Origin: Heterodontus francisci
Taxonomy: Eukaryota
Direction: 5' to 3'
NCBI RefSeq assembly: GCF_036365525.1
Contig: NC_090394.1
Span: forward strand, 74,030,146 to 74,094,145
Length of the DNA: 64,000 nt
A program made the position numbers and the translations under genes. A model generated the notes under the pieces. That model was not told the origin of the DNA. It worked only from the letters and a program-made list of their open reading frames with translations, and did not search any database. Positions within the stretch are counted from its first letter, which is position 1; every line of letters starts with the position of its first letter. Of this stretch, positions 11,892 through 23,600 are shown one piece after another.

Positions 11892-13779
11892 ACATTTATC
11901 TATTTTCAGCAATTCTCAAGTTCTGTACTACCAAATGACTCCCCTGCTCTTCTCTGAAATAGTGCCATGGGATCTTTTACATTTACCTGACAGGGCAGAC
12001 AAGGCCTCAGTTTAACATCTTATTCAAATGATGGCATCTCGGACAGTGCAGCATTCCCTCAGTACTGCACTGGAGTGTCAGCCTAAACTATTGCACTCAA
12101 GTCTTGGAGTGGGATTATGAACCCACAACCATTTGACTCAGATGTGAGTGTGCCATCCACCAAGCCACAGTTGACACCAAAGAGGTTATTTAGCCAATTC
12201 TATCTGTGTTGATCTCTGAAGTAACTGTCCACTTACTCATATTTCACTGCTCTTTCCCCAGACCCTTTTTAATTTTTAATTTTTCCCAAATATTTATCCA
12301 TTTTCCTTTTAAAAGCTATTCTGTTTCTTCCAAGGCATTTCATGTCTTAACAACTCCCTTTAAAAAAATCCTAATCTCTCTTTTTTAAGTGATCATATTA
12401 AAGTGAAATGTCCTGTATTTACCCACTCACTGGCCAGTGGAAATATTTTACATTATCAAATAAACCCTTGTTTTTTTTAATTTCTCAAAAGGCACTCGGT
12501 CAAAATGATAAAAGGGTTAAGTTACGAGGGCACGTAGCACAGACTAGGCTTGTATTCCGAGTTTAGAAGATTAAGGGATGAACCTAATTGAGGTGATTAA
12601 GATGATTAAAGGATTTGATAGGATAGAGAGTGAAAAACTATCTCCTCAGGTGGGGGAGTCCAGAACAAGGCGTATAACCTTAAAATTAGAGCTAGGGTCA
12701 TTCAGGGGTGATGTCAGGAAGCACTTCTTCACACAAAGTGTAGTGGAAATCTGGAACTCTCTCCCTTAAAAGCAGTTGACTCTGGGGGGGCCAATTAAAA
12801 TGTTCAAAAACTGAGCTTGATAGATTTTTGTTTGGCAAGAGTATTAAGGGTTACAGAACCAATGAATTTGGATATGGATCAGCCATGATCTCATTGAATG
12901 GCGGACCAGACACAAGGGGCTGAATGGCCTCCTGCTGTTCCTCTGTTCCTATTGGTATCTGAACTCATCTGTGCAGCCAACGTTTGCCAATGGAATAATT
13001 CCAGGACGATTGATGGTCATTTCAGTGAAGTGACAGTGTTCAAACCTTTCACAGAAACAATGGCTGATAGGGTGAGTGATGTCAGCACACCATCTACACT
13101 GGACATATCGAACTCTTCTATTTCTGCACTAAGCTCTCATAAAACATCGCTGCATGTACATTGTCCTTTGTGCACCAATCTTCTCGTCTGTTTATGCATC
13201 GTGTGCAAATTCATTATACAGAGAGTTCCATTCGAAGATACATTACTTTCCAGGAAATGAATAATTGATGATAGAAACAGGAGACTGAAATTTCACTTTG
13301 GGACACAAGCTTCAAGAAATGGACCCCAGTGGGGGGGGATGTTAGATGTGAAATACTGGGAGCAGTTCCTGAGGAGAGAGATTAACAATAAATTGGTGCA
13401 GAACCAAACTTAGCTCAGGTCACTATCAATGGCAACAAGATCATATCTATATCCCAAAATTAACAATAATGTCCAGGGGTTTCCATTGTGTGTGTTCACT
13501 GAAGGGACCCGGCAGTGACTCAATCTAAGATGATTAAAGTTTCAAATCAAACTATTGGATTTCATGCCCACAGCTCCATATGTTATTAAGGTCAAGTCTC
13601 CTGAACAATAGAATGTTCTGGGAGTCCACAGCCAGTCAACCCCACCTCTACCCCCCACCACCCATCCCCCCCCTCAAACCCACTTAACATCTGTAATGAG
13701 GCAAAAGTGAGGTTCAGGGTGTGGACCCACGGTACAAGTTGAAAGTTGGGAGATCATCTTGCACTGCTTAAACTAAGAG

Positions 13780-14300
13780 GATGAATAGAATGGATACTCG
13801 CCACTTGCCTGGATGGGTGCAGTTCCAACAATGCTCAGGAAGCTCAACACCATCCAAGACAAAGCAGCCCACTTGATCGGCACCCCATCCATCACCTTCA
13901 ACATTCACTCCCTCCACCACCGACGCACAGTGGCAGCAGTGTGTACCATCTACAAGATGCACTGCAGCAATACACCAAGGCTGTTTAGACAGCACCTTCC
14001 AAACCCACAATCTCTACCAACTAGAAGAACAAGGGCAGCAGATGCATGGGAACACCATCACCTGAAAGTTCCCCTCCAAGTAACACACCATCCTGACTTG
14101 GAACTATATCGGCGTTCCTTCACTGTCGCTGGGTCAAAATCCTGGAACTCCCTTCCTAACAGCACTGTGGATGTACCTACTCCAAATGGACTGTAGCGGT
14201 TCAAGAAGGCAGCTCACCACCACCTTCTCAAGGGCAATTAGGGATGGACAATAAATGCTGGTCTGGCCAGCGACGCCCACATCCCATGAATGAATAAAAA
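13780..14300 (+). mobile_element. Non-LTR retrotransposon 3' fragment (RT C-terminus and tail)
   Basis: ORF 13813..14196 (IQDKAAHLI...SLHHRRTVAA); (TGAA)n/A tail; related minus-strand copies at 1-97 and 23303-23630. Confidence 0.75.
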
Positions 14301-14399
14301 ACTCAAAAACCAGGAAATGATGGTAATTCAGAACTAGAACACGCCCTTCCTAAGCAGCAAAGAGAGAAGTACCTCTAATTTGGGAAAATGATTCTACAT

Positions 14400-14735
14400 T
14401 TGGTGGCGCAGTGGTTCGCACCACAGTCTCACAACTCCAGCAACCTGGGTTCAGTTCTGGGTACTGCCTGTGCGGAGTTTGCAAGCTCTCCCTGTGACTG
14501 TGTGGGTTTCCTCCCACATGCCAAAGACTTGCAGGTTGATAAGTAAATTGGCCATTGTAAAAAAAAAAATTGCCCCTAGTGTAGGTAGGTGGTACAAGAA
14601 TTGAGGGAAGATGGGGATGTGACAGGGAAAATGGGATTAATGTAGGATTAGTATAAATGGGTGGTTGATGGTCAGCGTGGACTCGATGGGCCGAAGGACC
14701 TGTTTTGGTGCTGTATCTCTCTATGACTCTAAATA
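14400..14735 (+). mobile_element. HE1/V-SINE-like element
   Basis: tRNA-like head, GTGTGGGTTTCCTCCCACA core and CR1-like tail; further copies at about 36620-36948 (+) and 57957-58288 (-). Confidence 0.7.
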
Positions 14736-14868
14736 AAGTTGATCATTAAAATTACTCCAGATGTGACTTTGGTGTTATTTTAATGGTACTGAGCCAGATA
14801 TTCTGTCAGGCTCAAAATAGTTTGGCAATTCTTCTATGGGAATTGGGGAGGTATCGCTTTCTTTGGAT

Positions 14869-16093
14869 TGTTATGACCAGGTGAGAAAGAGGTCTAGGGT
14901 TCCCTTTTAGCCTTCACCTGGTCTTACTGTAACAGGGTTTTGTTTTAAACACACCGTGTTTTTAGATCCCCCTTGGTGAATCCTTGTTCACTGCTTTCCA
15001 ATTATAATGCAAAGAAACGAGCACATACAGGCTTTCATAGGTTTAAAGAAGAAAGATTGAAATTTATTAAAACTTAAACTAAAACTCTAATTTGGTTAAT
15101 GCCAACAGATACATGAGGTACCCATGCTAGCATGCAAACGCAACACAAACTTGCAGACAGGGACAGAAAAGAGCAGAAGAAAAAATAAAGTGGAAAAGTT
15201 TGAGGCAATCTCTGATAAGGGTTTTTTGTTGCTGTGCTTCAAGCTCGCTGTAGAGTCCTTGAATGAAGATATGGTCTTGCTTTTCACTGGGGCCCAGTAT
15301 TCTTCTTAAACCTTGTTCACTGTAGGAGACTTTTCTCTCTTGGGGTTCATGTGTCTTCAGTAGGTTTTGGAGTTCTGTGAGAAAGAGATGGGAGCAGACA
15401 AGAGAGGCTGTGGTGAGCCAGCCAGGAGATGTCTTTTCAATCCAGGAGCAAAGAGCTTTCTGCCAGTTCAAACAATGTCGCTACAATTTTAAACTACCCA
15501 AGCTGGCCAGCAGGGTGGTCATGTGTCCGACTGGTTTGACCAGGTCTGTTCTGTGTATTGAATGGGAGCAGGGGATAGCTCCTTTGTAAAGGCCTGCTAC
15601 TCGACCCGAACCTGACGGGACCCAATGACATGTGCCAGGGTCGGGTCGGGTCGCACTTCCTGGTCCGGCATTCAGGCTCTATCACCACTTTAATGTTAAT
15701 TTACTTTTTGGACTTTAAAGATGGTTTTGCTACAGTTATTTTAAGCTTGTGCAGGTAAGAAACAAAGTGAAAAATGTAAGGTAAGTTAACTGATGGTCGG
15801 GTCGGGTTGGGTTGAGTTGGGTGCGGGAAAAAATGGAAGAACTCGGGCCGGGTCGGACTCAGGGTCAGATGGCGTTCTGTCGGGCTCGGGTCGGGTCTCA
15901 TTTGCAGACCTGAACAGGCCTTTACTCATTTGTTCCAACACTGTCTGCTAATATGCAAAAATGTCTTTCCAGCCAGGGGCCTGGCAATTCCTTGTAACAG
16001 GCCTTCTTTTCTTCCCAGCAACAATTTGAAATTTAATATCCATGTGGCGAAATTAATGTGCTTCGTTCTTGGCAGGTAGGGGCCTGCATGACA
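14869..16093. mobile_element. Solo LTR (gypsy/ERV-like)
   Basis: Ends TGTTATG...CATGACA (TG..CA, short inverted termini) with 4-bp TSD GGAT at 14865-14868 and 16094-16097. Confidence 0.7.
15587..15924. mobile_element. hAT-type MITE nested in the solo LTR
   Basis: TIR TAAAGGCCTG/CAGGCCTTTA, 8-bp TSD CTCCTTTG/CTCATTTG, many GGGTC/GACCC subterminal repeats. Confidence 0.8.
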
Positions 16094-16720
16094 GGATATA
16101 ATTCCCAAATTCTTGGAGGAATCAATGCCATAGTCTCCCTCTCACACACACACACACATTCAATCAGCAGAAAGCACCTTCTGTAAGCAGAAATGCAGCT
16201 ACAGGTGTTTTAGTTGGTGCATTGCGGGACTGGATGGAGATGGAGCTGGGTTTATGAATGTAGTTATGAAGCAATGCATAACAAACTGAATCCCGTTACA
16301 GCTTTTCCACCAACGGAAAATAATTTACACTTGTAGAAGTAATTCCCAACTTATCTATTTGGCCAGAGTTATTTCTCCCTAATTCCAACATATTATTGCT
16401 ATTTGTCCCTTTTAAGAGTTTTAAATTATCAATTTCAAATCAATTAACTTCACTCAAAACACTGATAGAGACTAATTCCTGCATTTTAGCCCGTATCATC
16501 ACTGGGATAATATGATCAAGATGACTATGAGAATGATTGAAAATGAATATTCCCTCAGTGGGTTTTAGATATTACACTGCAGCATTGCGAGTTCAAGTAT
16601 TTGGTTGTTCTCTCTCTCGCTCTGCTATTTTGTGGCTGTGTTCCCACTGACACTAAAGAAGAGGTAGCGTAGATAGAGAGAAATTATTTCTGCTCGTTGG
16701 GGAGACTAGGACTAGGGGCA

Positions 16721-17521
16721 ATTTACTTGTACTTCTTTCAATGTAGTATACTGTATTCGCTGCTCACAGTGTGGTCTCCTCTACATTGGGGAGACCAAGC
16801 GCAGACTGGGTGACCGCTTTGCGGAACATCTCCGCTCAGTCCGCAAGCAGGACCCTGAGCTTCCGGTTGCTTGCCATTTCAACACTCCCCCCTGCTCTCA
16901 TGCTCACATCTCTGTCCTGGGATTGCTGCAGTGTTCCAGTGAACATCAACGCAAGCTCGAGGAACAGCATCTCATCTACCGATTAGGCACACTACAGCCT
17001 GCCGGACTGAACATTGAGTTCAATAATTTCAGAGCATGACAGCCCCCCACTTTACTTTCATTTTTAGTAATTTTTAGTTATTTTTTCTTCCTTTTTTTTT
17101 GCATTCCTTTTTACATTTTTTACAATCTTTTTTTGCATTTATTTCATTTCATCTTAGTTTGTTCAGTTTGCTTACCCACTGTTTTTTTCAGGTTGTTTTT
17201 CTTCAGGTTTGCACTTGCTGATGTTCAATATTCAGTATATTCACACCTAATCTGTACTAATGCTTTGTCTTTCAACACACCATTAACATATTGTTTGCCT
17301 TTGCTCCGTGACCTTTTGGTCAGCTATGTGGCCTGGTCCAATCTGCACCTTCTCCTTTGTTATCTCTTGCCCAACCCCCACCTCACTTGTTTATAATCTG
17401 TGACTTTTCTAATATTTGTCAGTTCCAAAGAAGGGTCACTGACCCGAAACGTTAACTCTGCTTCTCTTTCCACAGATGCTGCCAGACCTGCTGAGTGAAT
17501 CCAGCATTTCTTGTTTTTGTT
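16721..17521 (+). mobile_element. Penelope-like element 3' fragment (GIY-YIG endonuclease end plus pseudo-LTR)
   Basis: DNA nearly identical to the GIY-YIG segment at 18233-18551 (VYCIRCSQCGLLYIGET); its 3' region is shared with 47083-47717. Confidence 0.85.
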
Positions 17522-18014
17522 GTAATCTAGAACATACCCTGGCATGACCTGAGGAACCTCCCCGTAGTGGCAAAGCTTTGGGACCCTAAGTCCAAACTCA
17601 CCTGTTCCTCCCAAGCACACTACACTCACCACACCAGGTCTCAAATTTCTCACATACTGTACTCTAAAGTATAATTCTCTGAAAGAAACCTATCTATATC
17701 TTCCACTTTGCTGAATCTATATTTACTGTTTCCACTGTCTCCCCAGGGAGCCTGTTCCAATGTCAGTTACATCATTAGATTTAAGTATATTTTTTGCACA
17801 GCATTTCCCCTTTTATGATTACATCATAATTTGGAACCAGGACTAGCTGCAACAGTCAGACTGGGCCACAATATTATGCATTTATTCATCAGGGACATCC
17901 TCGTTTAATCAAGTCCCACTGAATTTGTGACTCAATCACAACATTCACTAATCTTCCCATTCCCCACAACATTTCCTATAACCCAATTAGCAGTTAAACA
18001 GATAACCACAGATA

Positions 18015-18989
18015 GCCACTACCAAACGCACCTTCCCCTCCCTTCGCCTGTCAGCATTCCGAAGGGATCATTCCCTCCGCGACACCCTGGTCCACTCCTC
18101 CATTACCCCCACCACCTCGTTCCCGTCCCATGGCACCTTCCCCTGCAACCGCAGGAGGTGTAATACCTGCCTATTTACCTCCTCTCTCCTCACTATCCCA
18201 GGCCCCAAACACTCCTTTCAGGTGAAGCAGCGATTTACTTGTACTTCTTTCTATGTAGTATACTGTATTCGCTGCTCACAATGTGGTCTCCTCTACATTG
18301 GGGAGACCAAACGCAGACTGGGTGACCGCTTTGCAGAACACATCCGCTCAGTCCTAAAGCAGGAACCCGAGCTTCCGGTTGCTTGCCATTTCAACACTCC
18401 CCCCTGCTCTCAGGCTCACATCTCTATCCTGGGATTGCTGCAGTGTTCCAGTGAACATCAATGCAAGCTCGAGGAACGACATCTCATTTACCGATTAGGC
18501 ACACTACAGCCTGCCGGACCGAACATTGAGTTCAATAATTTCAGAGCATGACGGGCCCCACCGCTCCTCCCCCCCACAATTTTACTTTTATTTTTAGTTA
18601 TTTTTTCTTTTTTATATTTTTTTGTGTTTGTTTTATTTTATTTCATCTTAGTTTGTTCAGTTTGCTTACCCACTTTTTTTTCATGTTTGTACTTGCACCT
18701 GTTCAATATTCAGTCCGTCAACACCCTATCTGTACTAATGCTTTGTCTTTCAACACACCATTAACATATCTTTGCTCCATGACATTCAGGTCAGCTACTC
18801 TGTGACCTTGTCCTATCTACACCTCCTTTGTTATCTCTTGCCCCACCCCCACTTTACTTGCTTATAACCTTTGACATTTCTAATATTTGCCATTTCTGAA
18901 GAAGGGTCACTGACCTGAAACGTTAACTCTGCTTCTCTCTCCACAGATGCTGCCAGACCTGCTGAGTATTTCCAGCATTCCTTGTTTTT
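18015..18989 (+). mobile_element. Penelope-like element 3' fragment
   Basis: ORF 18222..18551 has VVYCIRC..C...YIGETKRRLGDRFAEH...H, the PLE GIY-YIG signature; followed by the pseudo-LTR; ATAACCACA repeated on both flanks (18002, 18990). Confidence 0.88.
18892..18928 (+). ncRNA. Hammerhead-like motif, family B, at the 3' end of a GIY-YIG PLE fragment
   Basis: CTGAAGA-A-GGGTC-ACT-GACCT-GAAA-CG-T-T-AACT. Confidence 0.55.
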
Positions 18990-19464
18990 ATAACCACATC
19001 TAACAACTGCTGGTCTGGAAAGTGGGAATTCTTGCTTCGCAGTCATTCTTATTATCCCAAAGTTCAGTCAAGTTAATTCCCCAGTTACAAAGAGAACAAT
19101 AGAAAAAGTCCAGGCATTGTTGCATGATCTGAGGGAGGAAAGGGAAGATGAATTAATGACACGGGAAACGATGTTACAGCAAATGCTCGAAGTCTCCGTG
19201 TTACGTTGTAAAGTATTCTCCTTATAATCTTGCACGCGTGTAGTCTACAAATTTATTTGTTATGGGTGCAAAAATATCATCCCAATATAACAGCAGAAGA
19301 GAGTGAAGTGTTTCTGAAAGGAGCTGTATGTATGTATCAGGTGTGCTGAGGATATAAATAGAGGCAGTTCATTAACTGGCAGGAAATTCAATAGCAGGTG
19401 AAACTCGTCTATCTGATCCATGCGACGCAACCCAAGTACAGTAAAGAGTCACCTTAATGCAGCG

Positions 19465-19547
19465 CATATAAAGCAGCTCTGCGACTCGGTCACACACACA
19501 GAAGGTGCTTCACTCCCACGTGTACAAGACCCAGAGATACGATAAAG
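19465..19547 (+). promoter_or_regulatory. TATA box and putative non-coding exon 1 of gene B
   Basis: CATATAAAG at 19465-19473 and donor AAG|GTGAGG at 19547/19548; same layout as gene A. Confidence 0.55.
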
Positions 19548-20219
19548 GTGAGGCTTGCCGAGGGGGGAGGGGGTTTCACTGTTTCACCAGTGAAAAAGAA
19601 ATTGGAGGTTGATATGAAATTCATTGAGTAGCAGGAATGAGTGAGACTTGCACTAACGCTTGAGGAGATGTCAATGTTTGGTGTTTTTGTGTTGAATGTG
19701 AGGGTCGGAGCACAGGTCAGTTGGTGAGCAGGAGTCAACAGTCTCCACATCACGGATCCTGTGAACATCTGGAAATTCTCTCAGACTGTACGTGTGTGTT
19801 CCCCCCAGATCATCAGGACGAGCGGTGCAACTCCGGGGTATTGACTTCCACATGAAGTTGGAAAATCTAGATCTGATGTGGAATTATACTTGGAAAGGGG
19901 AAAATATGCAGGGCTATGGGAAAAGAGGGGTTGTGGGTCTAATTGGATAGTTGCTTTAAAGAGCCAGCACAGACATGATGGGCTGAATGGCCCCCATCTT
20001 TACAGTAATTATGATTTAAGCCAGGTCAGCACGGGTGAATGCACATTTATTTCGTATTGGAAATACTGCAAGTTCATCTGAGATCGGTGGGTAAAGCATA
20101 AGCGGCTAGCTGGAAAATCAGTTACGTTGTATGCGTCGGATAACCATATTTCAATCTGCTAACTAAGATTGATAACATTGATGTTTGGAGTTCAGGTCTT
20201 CTGGTGCTGTGTATCATGA

Positions 20220-20525
20220 AAGTGAGAGTGGGAAAGAGCAAGAGTCTGTGAGAGAGAAAGTGTGTGTGTGTGTGTGTGTGAGAGAGAGTGTGTGGGGTCG
20301 AGTGAGAGGGTGTGTGAGTGGCAGGGTATGTGTGACAGGGTGGGAGAGAGTGTGTGTAGGTGTGTTTGTGAGAAAGTGAGAGGGATGTGGGTGTGAGTGG
20401 GAGGGTGTGTGTGAGGGTGTGTGAGAGAGAGAGCGAGAGGGTGTGTCTGTGAGAGGCCGAGATGGGGTGTGAGTGGGAGGGTATGTGTGACAGGGTGTGA
20501 GGCAGATGTGAGAGAGTATGTGTAA
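20220..20525. repeat. Compound (GT)n/(GA)n low-complexity tract in gene B intron 1
   Basis: Directly visible; accounts for the HT-rich spurious ORFs. Confidence 0.9.
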
Positions 20526-20601
20526 GACATGAGGGAGCAAGTCAGCCTGCAGTTAGAATGTCTTCAATCCCTGTTGTGTTTCATTTCCCAGCAGTTTCAC
20601 A

Positions 20602-20662
20602 ATGGAAATCACTGACATTCTGTCTGTTGCTGACATTTCCACTGCATTAAAGGAATGCCAAG
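20602..20662 (+). CDS. Gene B coding exon 1
   Basis: CAGCAG acceptor 20589-20594, ATG 20602, donor G|GTAATG; 61 nt. Confidence 0.92.
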
Positions 20663-23600
20663 GTAATGTATTCCAGGTTCCTTCTTGTAAATCTGCATCA
20701 TTTGTTTCGATCAGAGGCGCAGGACATGGCTTTGATAATGCATTTTCTGTATTGTTTCACAGTCAATGACTCCTTCAACTGCAAGAAATTCTTTCTGACT
20801 TGCGGTCTGTCTAAAAAATCTGTCGAAGACATCAGGAAAGTTTTCCGAGCCATTGATGATGACGACAGTGGGTTCATTGAAGAAGATGAATTAAAGTAAG
20901 ACATCAACTACCTTGGGCTCTTTTTTAAACTTCCGTGCATTGGATTTCAAACAGCAATGATGGTGAACTCGGTTCCAGACTTACAAGGGATATAATCAGT
21001 GGGCAACACTCTCTCAACTTCGGAGTTATGAATGGTCATGGGTTCAAGTCCTACTCCTCAGACCTGAGCGCATGATCCAAGCTGACACTCCAGTGCAGTA
21101 GTGAGGGAGTGCAGCACTGGCAGAGATGCCGTCATTTGGATAAGACCTTAAATCAGGGCCCCCCTCTGCTTTCTCAGGTGGATGTAAAAGATCCTATGGC
21201 ACTATTCGAAGAAGAGCAGGAGAGTTCTCCCCTGTGTCTTTGCCAATATCTATCCTGCATCCAACACCATTAATAACAGATGATTTTCACGTTGCTGTTG
21301 CGGGAGCTTGCTGTGCATAAATTTGTTGCCACATTACAACAGTGACTACACTCTCAAAAGTGCCTCATCGGATGAAAAACACTTTGATACAGGCCTGCTG
21401 ATAGGTGCTGTATAAATGTTCATCTCTTTTATTGACATACTCTTCTGTATTACTGCTTTCCTACCTTTTTTGTAAATCCATTGGCCTGTTTCATTAACTC
21501 TTGAGCAAGTCACTCCCCAGCACTTTTGTAAAGGAAATGTTATGAAGACCCATTCCATGGCTGCGCCAGTTTTCTTCTCACGGAAGTGACTGATACTGGA
21601 GTATAATCCCACAAGTAACAGCAAGCCCTCTCTTTGTACCAGATCCAAAATGGTTATCCGCTGTGTCATGCCCAGACAGTGGGTGTGTGCAGGGTGTTTT
21701 AATGGGCGAAGGGGACAGGAAACACATCAGCAGTTAACCACACCCCCTCACCCCGCCCCACACCCCAATCCTCCCCTCACCCAACAACTTTCCAGCATGG
21801 ATGATGGGACAGCAACATACCTTGGTTCATTCATTTATTTCCCATTATCCCTTGCATGGGGAGACCAAACTGAATTGGGCAACCATCATTGCAACCTTGG
21901 CTGTGGCTAAAGGGGAACCAGTGGATGTACTATATTTAGATTTCCAGAAGGCATTTGATAAGGTGCCACATCAAAGGTTATTGCAGAAAATAAAAGTTCA
22001 TGGTGTAGGGGGTAATATTTTGGCCTAGATAGAAGATTGGTTAGCTAACAGGAAACAGGGAGTAGGCATAAATGGGTCATTTTCTGGTTGGCAAGATGTA
22101 ACGAGTGGTGTACCACAATGATCAGTGCTGGGGCCTCAACTTTTTACAATTTATATAAATGACTTGGATGAAGGGACCGAAGGTATGTTTGCTAAATTTG
22201 CTGATGACACAAAGATAGATAGGAAAGTAAGTTGTGTAGAGGACATAATGAGGCTACAAAGGGATATAGATGGGTTAAGTGAGTGAACAAAGATCTAGCA
22301 AATGGAGTACAATATGGGAAAATGTGAAATTGTACAATTTGGCAGGAAAAATAAAAAAGAAGCATATTATCTAAATGGTGAGAGATTGCAGAGCTCTGAG
22401 ATACAGAGGGATCTGGGTGTCCGAGTACATGAATCGCAAAAGGTTAGTATGCAGGTACAGCACGTAATTAGGAAAACTAATAGAATGTTATCATTTTTTG
22501 CGAGGGGTATTGGATACAAAAGTAGGGAGGTTATGCTTCAGCTATACAGGGCATTGGTGAGACCACATCTGGAGTACTGTGTACAGTACTGGTCTCCTTA
22601 TTTAAGGAAAGATGTAAATGTGTTGGAAGCCGTTCAGAGAAGGTTTACTAGACTAATACCTGAAATGGGCAGGCTGTCTTATGAGGAAAGATTGGACAGT
22701 CTAGGATTGTATCCGCTGGAGTTTAGGAGTGTAAGAAGCGACTTGATTGAAACATATAAGATCTTGAGGGGTCTTGACAGGGTGGATGTGGAAAGGATGA
22801 TTCCTCTTGTTGGAGAATCTAGAACGAGGGTCACTGTTTAAAAATAAGGGGTCACCCATTTAAGACAGAGATAGGGCGAAATTTTTTCTCAGAGGGTCGT
22901 GAGTCTTTGGAATTCTCTTCCTCAAAAGGCGGTGGAAGCAGAGTCTTTGAATATTTTTTAAGGCAGAGGTAGATAGATTCTTGATAAGCAAAGGGGTGGA
23001 AGGTTATCGGGGGTAGGTGGGAATGTGGGGTTGAGGTTACAATCAGATCACCCATGATCTTCTTGAATGGCGGAGCAGGCTTGAGGGGCCGAGTGGCCTA
23101 CTCCTGCTCCTAATTCGTATGTTCGTAGCTCAGACCAAACCTGGAATTTTCCTCATCTGTGTGAAATTGTGCTATACCATTTTTGTGTACAGAATCAGGG
23201 ATATCTCTTTGATCCAATTAGTGGGACATCATTGGGTGTATAATTTACATGCATGGCACAGAAACAGGCCGTTCAACCCAACTGGTCCATTTTTCTTTTA
23301 TTCATTCATGGCATGTGGGTGTTGCTGGCCAGGCCAGCATTTGTTGTCCATCCATAATTGCCCTTGAGAAGGTGGTGATGAGCTGCCTTCTTGAACCGCT
23401 GCAGTCCTTGGGGTGTAGGTACACCCACAGTGCTGTTAGAAAGGGAGTTCCAGGATTTTGACCCAGCGACAGTGAAGGAACGGCGATATAGTTCCAAGTC
23501 AGGATGGTGTGCAGCTTGGAGGGGAACTTTCAGGTGGTGGTGTTCCCATGCATCTGCTGCCCTCGTCCTTCTAGGTGGTAGAGGTCGTGGGTTTGAAAGG

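Larger units (their letters stand above)
11553..11937. mobile_element. Non-coding fold-back mini-element (PLE-type inverted pseudo-LTRs) inserted in a Deu-SINE
   Basis: Inverted arms about 11550-11642 and 11826-11920, a short unpaired tail, and a 14-bp direct repeat ACTCCCCTGCTCTT at 11539-11552 and 11938-11951. Confidence 0.85.

Noticed and set aside
17421-17457. Hammerhead-like copies at 17421, 39233 and 43857
   Set aside because: Core mutated (CCAAAGA, CTGGTGA) or truncated, so not listed as ribozymes
20185-20540. His/Thr-rich and Val/Cys-rich ORFs
   Set aside because: Translations of a GT/GA microsatellite
22302-22841. 179-aa ORF, and similar ORFs at 60344..60910 and 62595..63098
   Set aside because: CR1 reverse-transcriptase C-terminal fragments, not host genes
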